A stretch of DNA of 64,000 bases. It comes from an uncultured Actinomycetes bacterium. GTDB lineage: Bacteria; Actinomycetota; Thermoleophilia; UBA2241. Position 1 is the stretch's first letter, and each line of letters opens with the position of its first letter. Below, piece after piece: positions 46,812 to 57,264 of the stretch. The notes under the pieces were generated by a model. The model was not told the DNA's origin. It was given only the letters and a program-made list of their open reading frames with translations, and searched no databases. The position numbers and the translations under genes were made by a program. The stretch spans positions 96,001-160,000 of the forward strand of contig CAVPVX010000010.1 in assembly GCA_963709345.1 (NCBI GenBank), given 5' to 3'.

Positions 46812-47699
46812 GTGACCGACGTCCTGCAGCAGGTGCTCAACGGCATCAGCCTGGGAAGCACGTATGCTTTGCTCGCTTTGGGCCTGGCCATCGTCTTCAG
46901 TATCGTCGGGCTGGTCAACTTCGCCCACGGCGAGCTCATCACGGTCTGCGGCTACGTCATGTTCGGCGGCCTCGCTCTGGGACTGCCTTGGTGGGCCTAC
47001 GCGCTGCTCGGGATCCTCGGCACGGTGCTAGCCGCGCTCGCCATGGAGCGCCTCGCCTTTCGCCCCGTCCGTCACGCGAGCCCACTGACGATGATGCTCA
47101 CGTCTCTCGGCGTGAGCATCATGATCGCCGCCGCCTTCGAGAGCTTCGTTTCGCCTCGCGTGAGGGCGGTGCCCGCTCCCGGCTGGGTGTCTTCGGCGGT
47201 GCACGTCGGCGAACTGCGCATCCAGGCCGAGCACATCCTGACCATCGGCGTCACCGCGGTGGCCGTGCTCCTCCTCCTCCTCCTCCTCAAGCGCACGGTC
47301 ATCGGCACCGCGATGCGCGCCGCCTCCGAGGATTTCGACGCCGTCCGCCTCATGGGCGTCAAGGCGAACAAGGTGATCGTCGCCGCGTTCGCCATCTCGG
47401 GGCTGCTCGCCGGCCTGGCCGCCGTGCTCATCCTGGCCCGTCGCGGAGCGGTGAGCCCGCACATGGGCGTCTTTCTCGGCATCAACGCCTTCGTCGCCAA
47501 CGTCATCGGCGGGCTCGGCAACATCTGGGGAGCTCTCGCCGGAGGCTTCGCCCTGGGCTTCATAGAGGTCATGCTGCGGGCCTGGCTGCCGGCCGGCATG
47601 AGCGGCTTCACCACCGGCTTCGTCTTCCTGTTCGTCGCGATCGTGCTCGTCCTGCGTCCGGGCGGGCTCTTCGGCGAGGTCAGCGCGGAGCGCGTGTGA
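46812..47699 (+). CDS. Branched-chain-amino-acid-type ABC permease (LivH-like)
   Basis: NGISLGSTYALLALGL..VNFAHGE, G.AMRA.SED..LMG and IGGLG. Confidence 0.92.
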   Translation: MTDVLQQVLNGISLGSTYALLALGLAIVFSIVGLVNFAHGELITVCGYVMFGGLALGLPWWAYALLGILGTVLAALAMERLAFRPVRHASPLTMMLTSLGVSIMIAAAFESFVSPRVRAVPAPGWVSSAVHVGELRIQAEHILTIGVTAVAVLLLLLLLKRTVIGTAMRAASEDFDAVRLMGVKANKVIVAAFAISGLLAGLAAVLILARRGAVSPHMGVFLGINAFVANVIGGLGNIWGALAGGFALGFIEVMLRAWLPAGMSGFTTGFVFLFVAIVLVLRPGGLFGEVSAERV

Positions 47700-49645
47700 G
47701 CCTGTATCGCCGCGACCTCTCCCGGGCGGCGCTGGGCGCCGTTGCGCTCTTCGCCATCGTCGCTGCGGTCACGCTCGTCTACGGCTCGTTCGGCGGCTCG
47801 CAGGCGAATGTGGCGATCGTGCTGCTGATCAACCTCATCATCGTGCTCGGCCTGCAGATCTTCGCTGGCAACTCGGGCGTCCTCACGCTGGCTCACGTCT
47901 CGTTCGCGGGCATCGCCGCCTACGCGTCCGCGATCCTTAGCACGCCGGCTCTCGTCAAGGGCACGATCATCGCCGGCGCGCCGCTCGGCCTCGCCGAGGT
48001 GCAGTTGCCGGTGCCGCTGGCGATGCTCGCCGCCATCGTCCTGACGACGGCTCTGGCGGCGCTGATCGGCCTGGCTCTCGCGCGGCTCTCCGGGATCAGC
48101 GCCACCATCGTCACGCTCGCGCTGGTGATCGTCGTGTTCGCCGTGCTGACCAACTGGAAGAGCGTCACCGGCGGCGCCGAGGCCTTCTACGGTATCCCCT
48201 CCACGACCACGCTGGGGTGGGCGCTGGCTGCGGCCTTCGCGGCGCTGCTGATCGCTCGGCTCTTCAAGGCCTCGAAGCTCGGGCTGCGCGTGCAGTCCAC
48301 GCGCGAGGACGCCGTTGCGGCGGCTGCGTGCGGTGTGCAGGTCGTCCGCTCACGGTACTGGTCGTGGGTGCTCAGCTGCGCCGTGTGCGCCCTGGGCGGC
48401 GTGCTCATGGCGCACTTCCTCGGGGCCATCAGCCCCGCGGGCTTCTACTTCCCGCTGCTCTTCCTCACGCTGTCGATGCTGGTCCTTGGCGGGGAATACA
48501 GCGTCACCGGAGCGGTGGTCGGCACGTTTCTCATCACCATCATGGCGGAGGCCACACGCTTTCTCGGCGACGGCCCCGTCATCCTCGGCTGGCAGGTGCC
48601 GGCGCTGGCGGGTCTGTCGCTGCTCAGCCAGGGCGCGATCATCATCATCGTGATGATCTGGCGGCCGACCGGGCTTCTCGGAGACCGTGAGATCGACGGG
48701 CTGTTCCCGCGGCGCGCGCTCCGTGCTCGCACGGATGCCGGAGCAGAGCGCGCGGATGCTGCGGCCGCCGCACGCGCCTTCGGCGCACGCGGCGCGGAAG
48801 TACCTGCCGCGGGTGCACCCGCGGCGTCGCCCTCGGCGACCACCCGCCCGATCACGCTCATCGTCAAGCACGCGTGCAAGCATTTCGCCGGCCTGACCGC
48901 GCTCGAGGACGTGTCGCTGGAGGTCCAGACCGGCGAGATCGTCGGGCTGATCGGGCCGAACGGCGCGGGCAAGACCACGCTGCTCAACCTCGTGTCCGGT
49001 CTGTACGAGGCGACCGAGGGCGAGATGACCCTGGACGGAGTCTCGCTGGACCGGGTCTCCCCGCACCGCATCGCGCGCCTCGGCATGGCGCGCACCTTCC
49101 AGACGACGCGCCTGTTCCGCGAGCTCACCGTGGATCAGAACATCGAGGTCGCGGTTTCGGTGGCGCATCGTCACCGGCCGGAGGCTGCACGGCCCGCCGG
49201 CGACATCCTCGCGCAGTTCGGGTTCGAGGACATCGCCGAGCGAAAGGCCGGGGTGCTGCCCTACGGCCGCCAGCGCGAGGTCGAGATCGCTCGTGCCGTC
49301 GCCCTTTCGCCCTCGATCCTCCTGCTCGACGAGCCGGCGGCGGGCCTCAACGACGAGGAGTCGATGGAGCTCGTTCACGCCGTGCGCACGATCCGCGACC
49401 GCGCCGGCTGCGGAGTGCTGCTCATCGACCACGACCTGCACTTCGTGATGGCGCTCTGCGAGCGCATCTACGTACTCGACGCCGGGCGTGTCATCGCCGC
49501 GGGGACTCCCGCGGAGGTCCAGTCCGACCCACTCGTCGTCGAGGCCTACCTGGGGACGCGCGAGGTCCGGCGGCCTCGCGCTTCGCCGGCCGACGCATCC
49601 GCAGCGCCGCGGACGGGTGCCGGCGACCTCGGCGTGACGACATGA
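47696..49645 (+). CDS. Fused ABC permease-ATPase (LivM-LivG-like)
   Basis: TM domain with TGGAE and REDAVAA, then GPNGAGKTT, RTFQ and LLLDEPAAG. Confidence 0.9.
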   Translation: MSLYRRDLSRAALGAVALFAIVAAVTLVYGSFGGSQANVAIVLLINLIIVLGLQIFAGNSGVLTLAHVSFAGIAAYASAILSTPALVKGTIIAGAPLGLAEVQLPVPLAMLAAIVLTTALAALIGLALARLSGISATIVTLALVIVVFAVLTNWKSVTGGAEAFYGIPSTTTLGWALAAAFAALLIARLFKASKLGLRVQSTREDAVAAAACGVQVVRSRYWSWVLSCAVCALGGVLMAHFLGAISPAGFYFPLLFLTLSMLVLGGEYSVTGAVVGTFLITIMAEATRFLGDGPVILGWQVPALAGLSLLSQGAIIIIVMIWRPTGLLGDREIDGLFPRRALRARTDAGAERADAAAAARAFGARGAEVPAAGAPAASPSATTRPITLIVKHACKHFAGLTALEDVSLEVQTGEIVGLIGPNGAGKTTLLNLVSGLYEATEGEMTLDGVSLDRVSPHRIARLGMARTFQTTRLFRELTVDQNIEVAVSVAHRHRPEAARPAGDILAQFGFEDIAERKAGVLPYGRQREVEIARAVALSPSILLLDEPAAGLNDEESMELVHAVRTIRDRAGCGVLLIDHDLHFVMALCERIYVLDAGRVIAAGTPAEVQSDPLVVEAYLGTREVRRPRASPADASAAPRTGAGDLGVTT

Positions 49646-49749
49646 CGACGACCACCGCCCGGCGACGACGGTCGTCGCCGGGCGAGACGAACATGACTGT
49701 AGAGTGAGACGATCTTGACGACAAAGAGACCGGCGAACAGGGGGATATC

Positions 49750-50951
49750 GTGAGAAGAAGCAAGCGGATAGGGACGATCGTCATCGTCCTCGCGCTGGCC
49801 GTCACGGCGGCGACCGGCGCGCTGGCCTGCGGCGGGTCGGGCGACGAGGGTGACGGATCCTCGAGCGAGAAGATCGTCATCGGCGCCGCCCTCGGGCTCG
49901 TCGGCGACGCGGCGCCCGGCGACGTGCCCGCCTCCGAGGCGATGAAGTACGAGGTGGCGCAGATCAACGAAGCGGGCGGTATCGACGGCAGGCAAGTCGA
50001 GCTGATCGTCAAGGACATGAAGAGCGACCCGGCTCTCGGCGGCACCGTGACCCAGGAGCTTCTCGACGCCGGCGCGCAGGTCATCATCGCCCCGGCTTTC
50101 CCGGGCATGGGTGCCGGAGTGGTACAGACGGCGGCCAAGGCCGGCGTGCCGGTGCTCAGCGCGACGTCCACGCAGCCCGAGTACGTCGTCGTCGGCGGCA
50201 GCAAGGCCTATCTGGTCGCCTTCGGCGACAACGTGCAGGCCGCGGCATCCGCCGAGTACGCGCTCGGGCAGGGCTTCAAGACCGCCTACACGCTCACCTC
50301 GCCGGATCTCTCCTACACCGAGCTCGCTGCCCAAGTTCTTCACGGAGGCGTTCAAGAACGGCGGCGGCACGACCATCGGCGACGCCGCGTTCAGCATCGG
50401 CCAGCAGGACTTCGCCGCCCAGGTGACCAAGATCCAGGCGCTCGACCCGCAGCCCGACGTCATCTACACGAGCATGTTCCCGCCGGACGTCGGCGTGCTG
50501 GTACGCCAGCTGCGCAGCGCCGGCGTCAAGGCTCCGCTCTACGGCGCCGACGGCTGCGACCAGCAGGCGCTGATCGACCTTGCGGGGAAGGACGCCAACG
50601 GGATCGTCTTCACGACGCACGGCTTCCCCACCCCGGGCGGGACGTTCGAGGAGTTCATGACCGGCCTCACGGAGTTCCAGGGTAAGGCCCCCGGAGGCTC
50701 CGGCGCTGGCCGCGCTCGGCGGCGACGCGATGCTCGTCGTCCAGGCTGCCATCGTGGCGGCGGGGAGCACCGACCCGAAGGCCATCGCCGACGCGCTTGC
50801 GAACCTGGAGAACGTCGAGGTCGTGAACGGCGCGATCACCTACGCCGGGACCAACGGCGTGCCGTCCAAGACCGTGGCCATGGTGGAGATCGAAGACGGC
50901 CAGTTCGTCTTCAAGGAGACCATCACGCCTTCGTTCATCCCCGAGCCGTGA
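49750..50951 (+). CDS. ABC substrate-binding lipoprotein (LivK-like), with frameshifts near 50325 and 50690
   Basis: LACG lipobox, INEAGGIDGR, DFAAQVTKI; continuous homology over three frames. Confidence 0.8.
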
Positions 50952-50995
50952 CCGCCGGCGCGTGAACCGCGAGGGCGATGGGTGAACGGGATGCC

Positions 50996-51794
50996 ATGAC
51001 GGAACGGCAGGCAGCATCTGAGCCGGGTCCGGCGACCGGCGCGGCCATGCCGCGCGGTCGCCGGGACCCCGGCTCCGTCCTGCTCTCGGTCGAGGGCCTC
51101 GTGGTCAAGTACGGAGGCATCGAGGCCCTGCACGGTATCTCGCTGCACGTGACCGCCGGTGAGATCGTCGGCGCTCCTCGGCCCCAACGGGGCGGGCAAG
51201 TCGTCGGCGCTGAACGGCATCATCGGACTGGTGCGGACCGCCGCCGGCCGCATCGCCTTCGAGGGTCGGGACATCACCGGCCGCGAGACCGAGAGCATCG
51301 TGCGCGGCGGTCTCGCACTGGTGCCCGAGCGTCGCCGCCTGTTCGGCCGCCTGAGCGTCCGCGACAATCTCCTGCTGGGCGGCGCGTCTCGCGGCGACAA
51401 GGCTGCGGCACGGCAGGACCTGGAGCGTGTCCTGAGCCTGTTCCCCGTGCTCGGCGACCGGCTCGACCAGCTCGCCGGCCTGCTCTCCGGCGGCGAGGCC
51501 CAGCAGCTGGCCATCGCCCGGGCGGTCATGTCCGGGCCGCGGCTGCTGCTGCTCGACGAGCCGTCGCTGGGACTGGCGCCGCTGCTGGTCGACAGGGTCT
51601 TCGAGCTGGTGCAGACCTTGCGTGACGAGGGGCTCACGATCCTCATCGTCGAGCAGAACGCCTATCAGGTTCTCGAGTTCGCGGATCGCGCCTACGTGCT
51701 GCGCAACGGCTCGATCGTCGACGAAGGCACGGGTCGGGAGCTTCTGGCGCGAGAGGACCTCCATGCGCAGTATCTCGGGTCGAGCGCCGGGTAG
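50996..51794 (+). CDS. ABC ATPase (LivF-like), with frameshift near 51170
   Basis: YGGIEALHGISL..GEIV / ALLGPNGAGKS, LSGGE and LLDEPSLGLAP. Confidence 0.85.
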
Positions 51795-51827
51795 GCCGGG
51801 CGCTTCTAGTGGAAGGGTGAGCAGAAC

Positions 51828-52383
51828 ATGGAGACGGTGAGCGGATCGGGAGAGCGTATCTCCCTGTCGGTCAACGGCGCCCGGCACAGCTACGTGCTCG
51901 GCCACGACCTGCTGGGGACCGAGACACTGGCCGAGGTGCTGCGCGAGCGCATCGGCCTCACCGGGCTCAAGGTCGCCTGCGGACGAGGGCGCCTGCGGCG
52001 CCTGCACGGTGATGATGGACGGCCGGGCCGTCCTCTCCTGCATGGTCCTGGCGATCGAGGCGGCCGGGCACGAGGTGCTCACCATCGAGGGACTCGACGA
52101 CGACGACCCCGTGATCCAGGCGTTTGCCTGCCAGTGCGAGCCCGGGCACGGCACGGCTCTGCAGTGCGGCTATTGCACCCCGGGCGCCGTGATGACGGCC
52201 AAGGCCTTCTTGAGCGAGAACCCGGATCCCACACTGGACGAGGTGCGCGAGGCCCTCGCGGGCAACCTCTGCCGCTGCGGCTGCTACCAGGGCATCGCCC
52301 AGGCGGTGTTGAACGCGGCGGCGACGATGCGCGAGCGGCGGGCCTTCGAGGCGCCGCTCGCCGCGGGCAGAGCCGAGTCGTGA
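51828..52383 (+). CDS. Molybdoenzyme 2x[2Fe-2S] small subunit (CoxS/XdhC-like), with frameshift near 51985
   Basis: LTGLKVAC / EGACGACTV, TIEGL, QCGYCTPG and GNLCRC. Confidence 0.85.
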
Positions 52384-54840
52384 CCCGCCCCTTCGTGCCT
52401 CGCGAGCCGCACCGGTACGTCGGGACGTACCGCCCCAGGGTCGACGCTCTCGAAAAGGCGAGCGGCCGGGCCGAGTACCTCGACGACATTGCTCTCGGCG
52501 CCAAGCTTCCCGGGCATGCTGCACGCCAAGGTGCTGCGCAGCCCGTACCCGCATGCCCGCATTCTGAGCATGGACACGACTGAGGCCGAGGCTCTGCCCG
52601 GCGTGCACTGCGTGCTCACCTACGCCGACCCCGAGGTCGCGGCCCTCAAGCCGACCACGAACGCCTGGACGAGCATGAACACGGCCGGGTACCGGCAGAT
52701 GTACTGGCCCAGCCTGCGCGACCGGCGCGTGCTCAGCGACCACGTCACCTGGGCCGGCGACGAGGCCGGCGCGGTCGTGGCCGCGGAGACCGAGGCGATC
52801 GCCGACGAGGCGCTGCGCCTCATCGAGGTCGAGTGGGAGGAGCTGCCGTTCGCGCTGCGGCCGCAGGACGCTCTCGCCGAGGACGCACCGCTCATCCACC
52901 CCGAGATCAACTCGGCGAGCAACCTCTTCCCGGTGGCCGAGGACACGCAGGAGGACGTCTTCTACGAGCGCGGCGACGTCGCCGCGGGGTTTGCCGCCGC
53001 CGACGTGGTCGTCGAGGTCACGGCGCGGCACCATCGCGCCGACCACGGCTGCCTCGACACGCGCGGCTGCCTGGTGCGCTGGCAGGGCGGCAAGCTGACC
53101 TGCTGGACCAACCTGTACCAGGCGGACCAGACGCGCATGCACATCGCCGAGATGCTGGACCTGCCGCTCAACAAGGTGCGCGTGATCTGCCCCTACGTGG
53201 GCGGCTCGTTCGGGCGCGGCAACGTCGGCGACCAGATCTTCTTCATCTTCACCGCCATCCTGGCCCGGCGTACCGGCCGCCCCGTGCGCTTCAAGCACAC
53301 GCGGCGCGAGGACTTCCACGACACGCGCAACGCCATCGACTACGCGATGCGAGTCGGCGCCACCAGCGACGGCCGCATGACCGCGCTGGCGACCCACGCC
53401 ATCGGCGACGCCGGCGCGTACGCCGAGCACACGCACGCGGCCGTGAAGATGGTGCTCGAGCTCGACGCTCTCGAGGTGCTGCTGCCGCGGATCCCCGCCG
53501 TCGAGCTCAAGGGCCACTCGGTGTACACGAACACCATCCCGGGCGGCTGCATGCGCGGCATCGGCAACATCCAGTTCAACCTGGCCATGGGGCTGGCCGT
53601 GGACGAGCTCGCCGAGCGGCTCGGCCTCGATCCCATCGATGTCGCCGTGAGCAACTTCAGTCACGAGTGGGAGGCGCCGCCCAACAAGAGCCTGCAGGCC
53701 GTTCTGGCCGCCGGCGCCGAGCGCATCGGCTGGGAGCGCCGCGGGGAGCCCGGCGCCGCTCAGCCAGGCCCCGACGGCAAGTGCCGCGGCATCGGCTTCT
53801 CGTTCCACCACGCTTGGCACGCCGCCTGGCAGGAGGAGCCTCGCGGGCGCGTGCAGGTGGGCGTCAAGCTCAATCCCGACGGCACGGTGATCCTGCAGGC
53901 CTCTCAGGTCGAGACCGGTGTGGGCTCCAACACCTGCGCCGTACTCGCCTGCGCCGAGGCGCTCGACTTCCTCGGCGTGACCGCGGACGACGTGGAGTGG
54001 ATCTCCCCGACGGACACGGAGACCGGGCTCAAGGACATGGTGCAGACGGACAGCGCCGTGTCGTACCTGCACGCCGAGGTCATGGCGCAGGCGGCGCGGG
54101 AGCTCAAGGTCCAGGTGTGCGCCGCCGCCGCCGCGGAGCTCGGGGTCGCCGCCGGGGACGTCGACGTCCGCGGCGGCGTCATCTTCGTCGGCGGCGCCGA
54201 CAGCGGCAAGGCGGTGACCGACATCCTGCAGGCCGGCGACATGCTGCCCCTGCACGTCACGGTCACCGACCATCTTCCCCTGGAGAAGACGGGCGCCCCG
54301 TACCTTGCTTCGTTCGCCGAGGTCGAGGTCGACACCGGGACGGGCAAGGTCGACGTCCTGCGGCTCGTCGTCGTCCACGACGCCGGCACGGTGATGTTCC
54401 CGCCGGGCGCCGAGGCGCAACAGATCGGCGCCCAGGTCCAGGCCATCGGCGAGGCGCTGTACGAAGAAGTCGTGTACGACGAGGCGAGCGGGCAGCCGCT
54501 CTCGTTCGACTGGGTCGGCTACACCATGCCGACGATGCTCGACATGCCCACGGTCGAGCCGGTGCTCCTCGAGGTGTGGAAGGGCGCTGGGGAGTACGGC
54601 GCCTGCGGCATCGGCGAGTCGGCCATCACCTGCACGCCACGGGCGATCCTGAACGCCGTCTACAACGCCACCGGCGTGCGCATCAACGAGATCCCCGCCA
54701 AGCCGGAGAAGGTACTAGAGGCGTTGGGTCGCAAGGAGCGGAATGAGGTCGCCGTAGACGAGGAGCTGAACGTGGAGGTCCACGGGCGCCTGGATGCCGC
54801 CGTGAGCCTGAGCGAAGCCGGCGGGCAGGTGGCGCCGTGA
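52380..54840 (+). CDS. Xanthine dehydrogenase family molybdopterin-binding large subunit, with frameshift near 52510
   Basis: RVDALEKASGRAEYLDD / MLHAKVLRSPYPHA, VGGSFG, MRG, EVEVDTGTG and GIGE. Confidence 0.88.
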
Positions 54841-57221
54841 GCTTCTCGCATCGCAGCGCCGGCACCCCCGAGCATGCGGCGGAGCTCCTCGCCGAGTCTC
54901 CCGGCGCGGCGAGGATCGTCGCCGGAGGCACCGACCTGCTCGGCGTCATCAAGGACCATGTCCACTCGCAGTCGCCCGAGGTGCTGGTCGACCTCAAGAC
55001 CGCCGCGGGGCTTGACGCCGTTGTCGAGAGGGACGGCGGCGTCGCCGTCGGCGGCCTCGTGCGCCTCAGCGACCTCGAGCGTGACCCGCTGGTGCGCGAG
55101 CGCTACCCGGCGCTCGCGGCGGCGGCCCACGCCGTGGCTTCGCCGCAGGTGCGCAACATGGGCACCGTCGGCGGCAACATCTGCCAGGAGCCGCGGTGCT
55201 GGTACTACCGCGCCCCTGAGAACACCTTCGATTGCACGCGCAAGGGCGGCCGCTACTGCAACGCCTTCACCGGCGACAGCCGCTTTCACTCAATCGCCGG
55301 CTCGATGCGAGTCGACACGCGGCCCTGCACGGCCGCCTGCCCGGGTGGCGTCGAGATCCCCGAGTACATGGATCTGCTGCGCGCCGGCGACGTCGACGGA
55401 GCCGCACGGCGCCTTCTCGCGCGCAACCCCTTGCCGGCGGTGACGGGGCGTGTGTGCCCGCACACCTGCGAGGACGACTGCAACCGGGGTCTCTTCGACG
55501 AGGCGGTCTCGGTGCGCGACGTGGAGCGCTTCCTGGGGGACCACGTCCTCGAGCACCCGGAGCTCCTCGGCGGCGGCCTGCCGGACACCGGCAAGGGCGT
55601 CGCCGTCGTCGGCTCCGGCCCGGCGGGGCTGTCGGCCGCTCACTACCTGAGGCTGAAGGGCCACCGTGTGACCGTCTTCGAGCGCGCCGACCGTCCTGGC
55701 GGGATGCTGCGCTACGGCATTCCGGCCTATCGCCTGTCGCGGCAGGTGGTGGACCGCTCCGTCGCACTGCTCGAGGATCTCGGCGTCGAGTTCCGCTGCG
55801 GCGTCGCCCTCGGTGAGTCGCTCACCGTGGATGCCCTCCGCGCCGACTTCGACAGGGTCTTCGTCGCCACCGGCGCCTGGGGGCTGCCGCGCATCGGCCT
55901 CGAGGCCGAGGACGAGCTCCTCACCGGCCTCGACTTCCTCACGGCCGTCGCGGGCGGCGACCGGCGGGTGCCCGGGCCTCGCGTCCTGGTCATCGGTGGC
56001 GGCAGCGTGGCGATGGACGTAGCCGTGACGGCCCGGCGCCTCGGCGCCGAGCGCGTCACGGTAGCGTGCCTCGAGACCTGCGACGAGATGCCGGCTCTGC
56101 TGGAAGAAGTCGAGGAGGCGCTCGCCGAGGGGATCGAGCTGGCCCCGTCGTGCGGGCCCTCGCGGGTGTTGCGGCGAGACGGCCGCATCGTGGGTCTGGA
56201 GGTCGTGGCCTGCACCTCCGTGTTCGACGACCAGGCGTGCTTTGCGCCGACGTTCGATGAGAGCCTGCGAGACACGGTCGAGGCCGACGAAGTCATTCTC
56301 GCCGTCGGCCAACGGGTGGAGGCGGAGACGCTGGCCGCAGCCGGGCTGACGCTCGACGGCGGCCGTCTCGTGGCCGATCCAGAGACACAGGCAGCCGCGG
56401 CCGATCGCGTCTTTGCCGGCGGTGATGTGGCGACCGGTCCGGCGACGGTGATCGCGGCGATCGGCGCCGGGAGGCGTGCCGCCGCGGCGATCCACGCCGA
56501 GCTGTCGGGAACGGCGTCCGAGGGGGCGGCCGATGTGGTGGCCGAGGCAGGACAGGCCTTCCAGCACTTCGACGCCGGCTGCACGACTCCATCGGCGCGC
56601 CTCTCCGGCGTGCCGGCGTCCGTCGCCGAGCGCAGCCTTGTCGAGGAGGACTGCCGTACGGTCCCGGGTTCTGCCGCCGTGCGCGAGGCCGCCCGTTGCT
56701 TCAACTGCGGGTGCGTCGCGGTCAGCCCGTCCGATCTGGCTCCCGTCCTCGTGGCGCTCGACGCCACCGTCGTGACGACCGTCCGGGAGCTGCCTGCGGC
56801 GGCCTTCTTTGCGGCGACACGGGCATCGTCCACGGTCCTCGGCGACGACGAGGTCGTGACGGAGGTGCGTCTGCCGCCGCCCGCCGCCGGGACGCGCACC
56901 GCCTTCGACAAGTTCCGCCTGCGGAACGCCATCGACTTCCCCATCCTCTCGGTGGCGATCTCGCTCGTGGTGCGGGACGGCGTGGTCGGGGATGCGCGCG
57001 TCGTGCTGGGCGCCGCAGCCCCGATCCCCTTGCGCGCGCCGCTCGTCGAGCGCGCGCTCGAGGGTCTCGAGGCGTCATCCGCCGGGTTCGGCCCGGCCGC
57101 TCGCGCCGCCGCGACGGAGTGGGCGGCGGGCTGCCTGCCGCTGGCCCCGAACGCGTACAAGCTGAAGATCGCGACGACGCTGATCGGCCGCGCCGTGGAG
57201 AGAGCCGCGAGCGCCTGCTGA
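54837..57221 (+). CDS. Molybdoenzyme FAD subunit (CoxM/PaoB-like) with inserted GltD/PreT-like Fe-S flavo-oxidoreductase
   Basis: AGGTDL, ASPQVRNMGTVGGN, CWYYR; then CTAACP, GRVCP..CE..C, GSGPAG, GGGSVAMD, FAGGD; then CoxM resumes with PSDLAPVLVALDA and KFRLRNAIDF. Confidence 0.88.
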   Translation: MSFSHRSAGTPEHAAELLAESPGAARIVAGGTDLLGVIKDHVHSQSPEVLVDLKTAAGLDAVVERDGGVAVGGLVRLSDLERDPLVRERYPALAAAAHAVASPQVRNMGTVGGNICQEPRCWYYRAPENTFDCTRKGGRYCNAFTGDSRFHSIAGSMRVDTRPCTAACPGGVEIPEYMDLLRAGDVDGAARRLLARNPLPAVTGRVCPHTCEDDCNRGLFDEAVSVRDVERFLGDHVLEHPELLGGGLPDTGKGVAVVGSGPAGLSAAHYLRLKGHRVTVFERADRPGGMLRYGIPAYRLSRQVVDRSVALLEDLGVEFRCGVALGESLTVDALRADFDRVFVATGAWGLPRIGLEAEDELLTGLDFLTAVAGGDRRVPGPRVLVIGGGSVAMDVAVTARRLGAERVTVACLETCDEMPALLEEVEEALAEGIELAPSCGPSRVLRRDGRIVGLEVVACTSVFDDQACFAPTFDESLRDTVEADEVILAVGQRVEAETLAAAGLTLDGGRLVADPETQAAAADRVFAGGDVATGPATVIAAIGAGRRAAAAIHAELSGTASEGAADVVAEAGQAFQHFDAGCTTPSARLSGVPASVAERSLVEEDCRTVPGSAAVREAARCFNCGCVAVSPSDLAPVLVALDATVVTTVRELPAAAFFAATRASSTVLGDDEVVTEVRLPPPAAGTRTAFDKFRLRNAIDFPILSVAISLVVRDGVVGDARVVLGAAAPIPLRAPLVERALEGLEASSAGFGPAARAAATEWAAGCLPLAPNAYKLKIATTLIGRAVERAASAC

Positions 57222-57264
57222 CCCGCACGGGCGCTCCTTCAGAGCGCCGTGACGTGCGCTGCCG

